DNA from: Pseudomonadota bacterium | GTDB lineage: Bacteria; Pseudomonadota; Gammaproteobacteria; Xanthomonadales; SZUA-38 | NCBI GenBank assembly: GCA_039195135.1 | Contig: JBCCVP010000002.1 | Coordinates: 11,841-75,840, forward strand | Length of the DNA stretch: 64,000 nucleotides | Direction: 5' to 3' | In this document: positions 55,713-63,687 of the stretch, one piece after another | Layout of the letters: each line of letters opens with the position of its first letter | How positions within the stretch are numbered: position 1 is the first letter of the stretch | Notes under the pieces: model-generated | The model's database searches: none | What the model was told of the DNA's origin: nothing | Seen by the model: only the letters and a program-made list of their open reading frames with translations | Program-made: the position numbers and the translations under genes

Positions 55713-58700
55713 GTGGTCAGTCCAGGACGGATTGAGAAATCATTGGTCAAATCGTGTCGCGCGCTGAGCTTCATCTCGGCCTGCGGGCTCACGCTTGGCC
55801 TGATCACCGGCGCCGGCGCCCAGCCTTTCAACCTCATCGACCGGACCGGCCAGTGCGTTACCTCGCCGCTGCTGGGTCTCAGTCAAAATATTGATCCGCC
55901 GGGCACAAGCCAGATCGTGCGCAGTGCCGATCGGTTTCGCGTCCCGGACGGGCCGGACTGGCGCCTGGACAGCGTCCAGGCGCAGGGAACGTTCAGCGGC
56001 AGCCAGGTGAACCCTCTGGGGGCCGACGTGCGCATATTTGCCAACGACGGCGCTTCCCCGGGGCCGGGAACGCAGGTCTGCACCTACTCATTCCCTCTCG
56101 CGGAAATTGGTCCCCTGGCCAACAGTGGCCAGTTTGACATCACGCTCCCCGGGGGCGCCCAGGCCTGCCAGCTGTCCGCCGGCGACTACTGGTTTTCTGT
56201 CGCCTTTCTCGGGACTATCGGCGTGAATCCAGCCCAGGGTCGGTTCTGGTACTGGAACCAGTCCACGGAAAACCAGCAGGGGAATTGGCAGATGCGGGCG
56301 GCGGACGATATCGACGCCAGCGGCATCAACTGCCCCGACTGGGTGACCCGGGAGCAGTGCTCGGCCGTCACCCAGGAGCGCGGCCTGTGTTTTGCCATCA
56401 GCGGCAACACGCCGATCACGTTGGCCGAACCGCTGGCGGACCAGTTCACCAGCGCCGGCACCAGCTTCCTCATGGACGTGTCGTCCGCGTTCACCGATCC
56501 GGACGGCGACGACGCCTTCTACCAGGCCATCGGCCTGCCCGCCTCGCTGACGCTCAACGAGGCCACCGGACGCATCAGCGGCACGATCGAGGCCGGCGAT
56601 GTCGCCGGCAGTCCCTACACGGTGGAAATCACCGCCACCGACGACGATGACGTCAGCGCGGAGGACACGTTCCGCCTGGTGGTGGCGGACGATGAGGTGG
56701 CGGATTTTCGCTTTCAGCGCCTCTGGCCGGTGCTGCAGCAGCCCTGGTACTTCGGCACCAGCGCGCCCGACTTAAGCTTCAATGGCTCCACCCTGTTTGT
56801 CGCCAACCCCACCTTCTCCCGCATCCAGCGCTTCAGCCCGGCCGGGAAGCACATCAGCAACCTGTTCATTCCCGGCCCCGGCGGCCCCGCCACCCGGGGC
56901 AAGCCTCGCGTACTGGCCGCCAGCACCCGCGCGGTTTTTACCGCCGGAGATCTGGACCCCCAGATCTACAAGCTGGGCCTGAACGGTGAAGTCCTGGACC
57001 GCTTCGGCGCTGACGAGCTGGCGGGCCAGGTGCCGCAGTTTCTGGAAGCGACCGAAAGAGGCTGCCGCCGGCTGGGCGGCTGTGTCTATGTCGGTCTTGC
57101 GGATGAGGTGCTGAAATTCAGCGAAGACGGTCAGTTTCTGAGCCGGTTTGGCCTTTGCGCCGACCCGCCGTGCGAAAACGGTACGGTGCAGCAGCTCGGC
57201 GGCCTTACGGTGGGTCCCGATGGCCTTGTCTACCTGACGGATCAGGCGGAAGACCAGCTGATTATTCTGCGCACCTCGCCCGCCGCAGCGCTGATCGACC
57301 CGCCCGAGTTCCTTGCCGAAATTGGCGAACCAGGCAGCGGGCCGGGGCAGTTTGCCAGTCCCGGGGATGTCTCCCTGGACGGAGCCGGGCGCGTCTACGT
57401 GGCGGACGCAAACCGGGTGCAGGCGTTTTCGCCGCAGGGTGTGCCGCTGGATGAGTACGTGGCGCCTAGCGAAGCCCAGGTATTGCGGCGCCTGGAGTTT
57501 GGGCCAGAGCGGCTGGCGTTCGGCAGCAATGATCTGGCGCAGGTAACGCGCTTCCGCCGCGTCGGCGACGTGGACGCCGGCGCTTCGACGCTGAACTTCT
57601 CAACGCCGTTTTCCAGCGCCGACGACCGGGTGGGGTTTTTCCAGCAGCCGATTGATCTCGCCACCGGACCCAACAGCAACGTTTACGTGGCTGATGCGGG
57701 CAATCATCGGGTGCAGAAGTTTGATCCAGCCGGGCAGCTGCTCAACGCATTTGGCAAAGAAGGTGACGAGGACGGCGAGTTTGGCCGAATGATCGCTATC
57801 GGCACCGGTTCCATCGCGGGCGAACTGCGCGCCCACGTGCTGGACGAAAACATCACGGGCTATCGGATTCAGCGCTTCACGAGCGGCGGCGACTTTGTTG
57901 ACAGCATCGCCCTGCCCGGCAACGACGACTACGTCGACATGGAAATCGGCAGCGGCGGCGCCGCCTTTCTGGTCACCGCCGCAGGTCTCGCGGTCAAGGT
58001 GTCAACGCAGGGCGAGGTGCTGGCCACCTGGGAGCCGATGGCGTCCGGCGCGCAGTTTCTGCAGGTGGCCCAGGCGCCCAACGGCCTGTTTTACTTCACC
58101 GTGCAGGGTCAGAGCCAGGAAGGCTTTGCGATCTACGACCGGTTCGGCAACTTTGTTGCCTTTCTACCGGCCACCTTCAACGCGCCCGCGTCTTTGAGCG
58201 TCGCCGGCGACGGCAAGATTGTGCTGGGGGAGATTCCGGACATTGCGCCGGACGTGCCGCGCATCAAAATCTACCGCCAGGACGGCGTGCTGCTGCAGTC
58301 GGTGGGCCAGTACGGCTATTTCCCCGGGTCGTTTGCGGCGCCGGCAGGGCTGGATTTTGCACCCAACGGGCTGCTCTACATCAGCGACTCGGTCAACAAC
58401 TACGTGCAGGTGCTCGACCCGGTGCCGCCGGCGGAGATCACCCGGGCCGTAGTGGTGGCCGGCGGTGGTCCCTACCCGGGAAACAACCTGTGGGAAACCA
58501 CCCAGGCGCTGACCAACGGCGCCTACCTGGCGCTGGCCTACCAGGGCCTGCGGGCCGAGGACATTACCTACCTGTCGTCCAATCTCGACGAAGACCTCGA
58601 CGGCAACGGCATCTCCGACGTGGACTTTCCCGCCAGCGCCCCGTCGCTGGTGACCGCCATCAGCATGGCGGCGGACGGCGCGGACCGGCTTGTCGTCTAT

Positions 58701-61700
58701 CTTGCCGACCACGGCTCGGAAGATGTCTTTCGGGTGAGCCCCCAATCGGTGCTCGACGCCGCAGCGCTGGATGCGGCCCTCGACAGCGCCCAGAGCGGCC
58801 CGACCGCCGTCGACCAGCTTGTCCTGATCTACGATGCCTGCCGCGCCGGCAGCTTCGTCGACGACCTGGCCAGCCCCGGGCTCAACCGCATTGTGCTGGC
58901 CAGCACCGGTGCCGACGAAAGCGCCAAATTTGTATCCGGCGGGATCTTGAGCTTCTCCAACCAGTTCTGGACCCAGATCTTCACCGGGGCTGATCTGGCG
59001 GCTGCCTACGCCAGCGCCTCGCAGATCATGACCACGTCTTTTTCCGACCAGACCCCGCTGGCGGACGCCGACGGTGATGCCAACCCGAACGAAAGCGCCG
59101 ACGACCTGACCGCGCTCAGCGGCGTGTTTATTGGCGCCGGCACCAATTTCGATCCCGGCGCGCCGGTGATCGCCAGCGTCTCCGATCCGCAGGTGCTGGC
59201 CGACGGAAACGAGGCGCAGATAAGCGCCTTCGGCGTGACCGATCCCGACGGCGTGGCGCGCGTCTATGCCGAAATTGTGCCGCCCAATTTTGTCGACGGC
59301 GACATCGACCAGCCGGTGCAGGCGTTTCCCGGCTTCGAATTGGAGCCGGATGCACCGGGAAGCAGCGACTACACCCTGATCTTCGACCGCTTCAGCAGCG
59401 AGGGGACGTATACGATCAATGTTTACGCCCAGGATCGTTTTGGTAATCTCTCCGCCCCCGCGACCACTACCGTTACCGCTGGCAACCCGGAGCTGCGCAA
59501 GGCACTGCTGATTGTCGGCGGGGAAACCAGCGACCCGCGCTGGTCTGCCTACAGCGCCAACGGCGCCTTCGCGTACGCCGCCCTCACCGCCCAGGGCTAC
59601 AGCGACGCGGGCCTGGAAACCGTTCGCTACCTGTCCAACGGCGGAACGGACGGTGTCGATGACGTCGCCAGCAGCGCCACGGTTGCCGGCGCCTTTGCCT
59701 GGGCCGGCGAACAGGCCCAGGACGTGGTGGTCTACCTGGTGGGTGGGGTTCGCAGTGGCGCCCTGCGGCTCGCCAGCGGTGAACGGCTCACCGCCCTTGA
59801 GCTGAGCGGCTATCTGGATATGCTGGAGGCCAGCATCAGCGGCAAGCTGGTGGTGCTGTATGACGGCAACCGGTCCGGCGCGTTTCTGCCCCGGCTGACC
59901 TCCCCAAATCCCGGCAGGCGAATCCTGCTGACCAGCACCGCCGCGTCGGAAAGCGCCAGCTTTCTGCTGGAGGGAGCTTTAAGCTTCTCGCAGTTTTTCT
60001 GGAACCAGGTGCTGAACGGTGCCACGGTGCTCGAGGCGTTCGAGACGGCTCGGGATGCGGTAGGTTTTTCCGCCGGCGACCAGACGCCGCAGCTTGATGA
60101 CAATGCCAACGGCGAAGGCAACGACGCCGAAGATGGTTTTGTCGCCAGCACCTACGACATCGGCGCCGGGATTGTGCAGGACATCAATGGACCCAGCGCG
60201 GGTGCCCTGACGCCCGACATCCAGCTCACCGGCGGCGTCACCCAGGCCACCATCACGGTGAACAACGTCACCAGCGCCTCCGGCGTGGATGAGGTGTTCG
60301 CCATCGTGGGAAGCCCACCGCCGCAGCAGACTTCTGACACGTTTGTGCTGGCGCCGGTCACTGTGGATGGCAACGGCAACGGGCAGTACGACGGCACCTA
60401 CGCCAACTTCGGGCCTTTGCCGGGCGGTGGCTATGCCGCCGGGTTTTATCTGGTCACCGTCTATGTTCGGGATCAGCGCGGCAACATCGCGCTCCACGAC
60501 ACGGTGCGGGTTGAGCAGTCGGCGGGGCCGGACGGGTGGGAGGATGACGACATTCCGGTCGAGGCGTCGGTGATCTTTGTCGATGACGCCGACGCCCAGC
60601 GGCACACGTTGCATGAGGATGATGACAGCGACTTTGTCTCCTTCAACGCCGTGAACCGCAGCGGATCGGCCCAGACCTATGAGCTCTCGGTGTCGGAGAT
60701 TGATGATTACTCCGGCGGCACCTACAACGTTACCCTGGAGCTCTACGGGCCAACCACGCCGCCGGGTTCTCCCCTGGCCACCGCCACGGGCGGGATCAGC
60801 GGCAGCGTTTCCCTCACCTGGCCGTCTTCCGGCAATTCCTATGATGAAGGCGAAGGTGAGTACTACCTGCGGGTGCTGGCCGCCAGCGGTACTCAACGCG
60901 GGCGCTACGCGGTGCGGGTGTTCCGTCCGGCGGTGCCGCTGACGGGCGCGGTCCGGGGCAGCGTGGTAGACGCCCTGACGGGCGAACCGGTCCCGGGAGC
61001 CCTGATTGCCACCAGCGGCACCGTCGCCGCCGCGAGCAACCTGATCGGCGAATACCAGCTGGTGGAAAACCCGGGCACCTACAGCCTGACCGTGACGCCA
61101 CCGGCCGGATATCTGCCGCTCACGGAAAACAACGTGCCCGTTTCCGAAAGCCTCACCACCTGGCGGCTGCTGCAGGTTCAGCCCAGCGGCGCCGCGCCGT
61201 CGGTTCAGACGGGCGAAGCCACCGGCATTACCCAGACCACCGCCACCCTCAACGGCCTGGTGGCGCCCAACGGTGAGCTCACCGCCGTGGTGTTTGAAAT
61301 CCTGCCGGCGGGCCCGGCGATCACGCAGCCGCCGGACGTTGCGGGGGATGCCCCGCAGAGCGACGCGGCGGCGCAGGTTACGGGCCTGACCTGCGAAACC
61401 GACTACACCTTCCGGATCACCGCCAGCAACGCAACGGGCAGCAGCAACGGCGCCAGCGAAGCGCTGCGCACCGCCGACTGCGTTGCGCCGCCGGTGCTGA
61501 CCACCGTCACCGCCAGCAACCTTAGCGATGAGACCGCCCGGCTGGAGGCGTCGGTGGATCCGGTGGGCAGCGAAACCATCACCGCGTTCCGCTGGCGCCC
61601 CGCGGGCGGTGTGTTTAATCCCTACCAGGACTCGCCCGATGTGCTCACCGGCAGCGGGACCCAGGTGGCGGGCCTGAACATCGACACCCTGACCTGCGCC

Positions 61701-63053
61701 ACCGTCTACGACTACCAGGCGCGCGCCAGCAACGCCGGCGGCACCGCCGAATCGACGGTGCAGAATTTCAGCACGGCGGTCTGCCCACAGACGCCCCCGA
61801 CGGTGGTTACGCTGGCGGCCCAGAACATCACCGAAACCGGCGCGGACCTGCGCGCCTCGGTGGACGCGAACGGCGACACCGCGAGCGTTGAGTACCGCAT
61901 CAACGCGGTAGGCGACGCGCCGGGCGCCTGGCAGACCGCCGGCACCGTGGCCACCTCGGAGCAGGTGACGGTCACCGTCAGCAGTCTGGATTGCGGCCGC
62001 GACTACCAGTACCGCTTCCGCGCCAGCAACAGCGGCGGCACCACGGAAGGGTCCGACCAGGGGCTGACCACGCTGGACTGCGCCGACGATTTCCCCGAGG
62101 TCCAGACGGACCCCGCCACGCTCGTCGGGCAAACCAGCGCCACGGTAAATGCGCTGGTCGACCCCAATGGCAGCAGCACCCAGGTGTTTTTTGACTACGG
62201 CCTTTCCGGCCTGCTCGACGAAACGCTGGCGTTGGAAAGTCCACTTGAGGGCAGCGACCCCGTCAGCCAGTCGGCCCGGCTGGAAGGCCTGGCCTGCGGC
62301 CAGCAGTACAGCTACCGGGTGCGCGGCAGCAACACCGCCGGGACCGCTTTCGGTGCCACCCGCACCTTCACCACCAACCCCTGCGACCGGATCCTGCTGG
62401 TGGACGACGACAGCAATAGTCCGGACCTGACGCCGGTTTACGGCGGTTTGCTGGACACGCTGGGGTTCGCCTACACCGTATGGAATACGGGTGGGGAGGA
62501 CGCCGAGCCGCAGGCCGGTGACCTCGCGCCCTACAGCACCGTGCTGTGGTTTACCGGCGACAACGCCGCCGCCGGCACCGGACCGGGCCCCGCCGGTGAG
62601 GCGGCGCTGGCGGATTATCTCGACGCCGGGGGCTGTCTGGCGCTCAGCGCGCAGAATTATTTTGCCGTCCGCGGACCCACGCCGACGACGCTGATGAGCG
62701 ACTACCTCGGGGTGGCCGGCGGCGTCGCCAATGCCGGGCTGCAGAACGTTGCCGGGGTCTCCAGCGCCTTTGCCGGGCTCCCCACTTCCGGCACTTATCT
62801 GCTTGATTTTGCCGGCGCATCATTGAGCTCCGCAGCAGACGAACTCACCGTTACCGGCGGCGGCGAGGTGGCATTTGAAGGCGACGGCCAAGCCACGGCG
62901 GGCATCCAGGTGATCGCCGACAGCTATCGATCCCTGTTCCTCGGCTTTCCGCTGGCGGCCATTCCTGGAGCGGCCGAGGGGGGGGCAGCGCTGAGCGCGG
63001 TGCTCGACTTCTGCCGCGGCCAGGATGTTTTGTTCAGCAATGGATTTGAGTGA
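55713..63053 (+). CDS. giant secreted multidomain protein (He_PIG/cadherin-like Ig, NHL propellers, 2x C13 legumain-like+Ig modules, PPC-like, CarboxypepD_reg-like, 4 Cys-pair repeats, alpha/beta C-terminal domain)
   Basis: Continuous ORF to TGA 63051-53. There is no ATG near the signal peptide (KSCRALSFISACGLTLGLITGAGAQP). Candidate starts are GTG 55713 (6 nt after gggaag) or TTG 55743. The track start at 55578 overlaps rluE and encodes Arg/Gly-rich junk. Domain motifs are listed in the findings. Confidence 0.85.
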   Translation: MVSPGRIEKSLVKSCRALSFISACGLTLGLITGAGAQPFNLIDRTGQCVTSPLLGLSQNIDPPGTSQIVRSADRFRVPDGPDWRLDSVQAQGTFSGSQVNPLGADVRIFANDGASPGPGTQVCTYSFPLAEIGPLANSGQFDITLPGGAQACQLSAGDYWFSVAFLGTIGVNPAQGRFWYWNQSTENQQGNWQMRAADDIDASGINCPDWVTREQCSAVTQERGLCFAISGNTPITLAEPLADQFTSAGTSFLMDVSSAFTDPDGDDAFYQAIGLPASLTLNEATGRISGTIEAGDVAGSPYTVEITATDDDDVSAEDTFRLVVADDEVADFRFQRLWPVLQQPWYFGTSAPDLSFNGSTLFVANPTFSRIQRFSPAGKHISNLFIPGPGGPATRGKPRVLAASTRAVFTAGDLDPQIYKLGLNGEVLDRFGADELAGQVPQFLEATERGCRRLGGCVYVGLADEVLKFSEDGQFLSRFGLCADPPCENGTVQQLGGLTVGPDGLVYLTDQAEDQLIILRTSPAAALIDPPEFLAEIGEPGSGPGQFASPGDVSLDGAGRVYVADANRVQAFSPQGVPLDEYVAPSEAQVLRRLEFGPERLAFGSNDLAQVTRFRRVGDVDAGASTLNFSTPFSSADDRVGFFQQPIDLATGPNSNVYVADAGNHRVQKFDPAGQLLNAFGKEGDEDGEFGRMIAIGTGSIAGELRAHVLDENITGYRIQRFTSGGDFVDSIALPGNDDYVDMEIGSGGAAFLVTAAGLAVKVSTQGEVLATWEPMASGAQFLQVAQAPNGLFYFTVQGQSQEGFAIYDRFGNFVAFLPATFNAPASLSVAGDGKIVLGEIPDIAPDVPRIKIYRQDGVLLQSVGQYGYFPGSFAAPAGLDFAPNGLLYISDSVNNYVQVLDPVPPAEITRAVVVAGGGPYPGNNLWETTQALTNGAYLALAYQGLRAEDITYLSSNLDEDLDGNGISDVDFPASAPSLVTAISMAADGADRLVVYLADHGSEDVFRVSPQSVLDAAALDAALDSAQSGPTAVDQLVLIYDACRAGSFVDDLASPGLNRIVLASTGADESAKFVSGGILSFSNQFWTQIFTGADLAAAYASASQIMTTSFSDQTPLADADGDANPNESADDLTALSGVFIGAGTNFDPGAPVIASVSDPQVLADGNEAQISAFGVTDPDGVARVYAEIVPPNFVDGDIDQPVQAFPGFELEPDAPGSSDYTLIFDRFSSEGTYTINVYAQDRFGNLSAPATTTVTAGNPELRKALLIVGGETSDPRWSAYSANGAFAYAALTAQGYSDAGLETVRYLSNGGTDGVDDVASSATVAGAFAWAGEQAQDVVVYLVGGVRSGALRLASGERLTALELSGYLDMLEASISGKLVVLYDGNRSGAFLPRLTSPNPGRRILLTSTAASESASFLLEGALSFSQFFWNQVLNGATVLEAFETARDAVGFSAGDQTPQLDDNANGEGNDAEDGFVASTYDIGAGIVQDINGPSAGALTPDIQLTGGVTQATITVNNVTSASGVDEVFAIVGSPPPQQTSDTFVLAPVTVDGNGNGQYDGTYANFGPLPGGGYAAGFYLVTVYVRDQRGNIALHDTVRVEQSAGPDGWEDDDIPVEASVIFVDDADAQRHTLHEDDDSDFVSFNAVNRSGSAQTYELSVSEIDDYSGGTYNVTLELYGPTTPPGSPLATATGGISGSVSLTWPSSGNSYDEGEGEYYLRVLAASGTQRGRYAVRVFRPAVPLTGAVRGSVVDALTGEPVPGALIATSGTVAAASNLIGEYQLVENPGTYSLTVTPPAGYLPLTENNVPVSESLTTWRLLQVQPSGAAPSVQTGEATGITQTTATLNGLVAPNGELTAVVFEILPAGPAITQPPDVAGDAPQSDAAAQVTGLTCETDYTFRITASNATGSSNGASEALRTADCVAPPVLTTVTASNLSDETARLEASVDPVGSETITAFRWRPAGGVFNPYQDSPDVLTGSGTQVAGLNIDTLTCATVYDYQARASNAGGTAESTVQNFSTAVCPQTPPTVVTLAAQNITETGADLRASVDANGDTASVEYRINAVGDAPGAWQTAGTVATSEQVTVTVSSLDCGRDYQYRFRASNSGGTTEGSDQGLTTLDCADDFPEVQTDPATLVGQTSATVNALVDPNGSSTQVFFDYGLSGLLDETLALESPLEGSDPVSQSARLEGLACGQQYSYRVRGSNTAGTAFGATRTFTTNPCDRILLVDDDSNSPDLTPVYGGLLDTLGFAYTVWNTGGEDAEPQAGDLAPYSTVLWFTGDNAAAGTGPGPAGEAALADYLDAGGCLALSAQNYFAVRGPTPTTLMSDYLGVAGGVANAGLQNVAGVSSAFAGLPTSGTYLLDFAGASLSSAADELTVTGGGEVAFEGDGQATAGIQVIADSYRSLFLGFPLAAIPGAAEGGAALSAVLDFCRGQDVLFSNGFE

Positions 63054-63079
63054 CTGACCAACCCGCGGGGAGCCTTGCC

Positions 63080-63442
63080 ATGACCGAACGCGTTGCCCCG
63101 TCCGCCTGGTCCCAGGCCGCGTACCTCGCCGTGGGTGTGGTGCTTCTGCTGTGGGGCATCGGCGGGCTCATCATCTACGTTGCCTACTTCATCGAAACCC
63201 CGGATGAATTTGCCCTGACCGCCGAAACCGCCGCCAACCGGGACGCCTATGCCCAGTACGTGGCCAATATTCCCTGGTGGGCCATCGGTGCGGGACTCAT
63301 CGCCGCGGCAGCGCGCTTTCTCGGCGCGATTGGCCTGTTGCTGCGCAAAGCCTGGGCGCTGCCGCTGTATATCATCGCCCTCATCTTTTTTGCCGTCGCC
63401 CTGTTCCGCGCGTTTGGCTGGCAGACGTCGCCAGCGTCATGA
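63080..63442 (+). CDS. small membrane protein (3 TM as written; a 4th TM is encoded in a different reading frame (63277 ORF) through 63540 - possible frameshift)
   Basis: ATG 63080, or GTG 63050 overlapping the giant-gene stop as GTGA. Three clear TM helices. The overlapping frame from ~63415 to the TAG at 63538-40 encodes ADVASVMSPAHVGIEVTFVALSLFAIGFAYWHKSRGLLT. Confidence 0.5.
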   Translation: MTERVAPSAWSQAAYLAVGVVLLLWGIGGLIIYVAYFIETPDEFALTAETAANRDAYAQYVANIPWWAIGAGLIAAAARFLGAIGLLLRKAWALPLYIIALIFFAVALFRAFGWQTSPAS

Positions 63443-63544
63443 GCCCGGCCCACGTAGGCATCGAAGTCACCTTCGTAGCCCTGAGCCTGTTCGCCATCGG
63501 CTTCGCGTATTGGCACAAATCCCGCGGCCTCCTGACGTAGGCCC

Positions 63545-63571
63545 GGGTCAGACCCTCTCGGGGTCTGACCC
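63545..63571. repeat. REP-like 27-nt palindromic element, copy 5 (loop TCTCG)
   Basis: GGGTCAGACCC-TCTCG-GGGTCTGACCC, starting 5 nt after the TAG at 63538-40. Confidence 0.85.
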
Positions 63572-63664
63572 TCGAAAGTGCCGCTATATAGGACAAGCGT
63601 CGGAGTTAAGTTTCCGACGGATCTTGTTCGTCAGCCGCTCGAAAGAAATCCGCGCGAGGGGCCC

Positions 63665-63674
63665 GGGTCAGACC
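63665..63674. repeat. REP half-site (left arm only)
   Basis: GGGTCAGACC sits within a 15-nt direct repeat ggcccgggtcagacc, also present at 63540-54. No right arm follows. Confidence 0.5.
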
Positions 63675-63687
63675 AACCCGCCGAGTT

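Noticed and set aside
59979-62132. 717-aa minus-strand ORF inside the giant gene
   Set aside because: Antisense shadow. The plus-strand frame carries recognisable domains and internal repeats. The minus-strand translation is Arg/Gly-rich junk.
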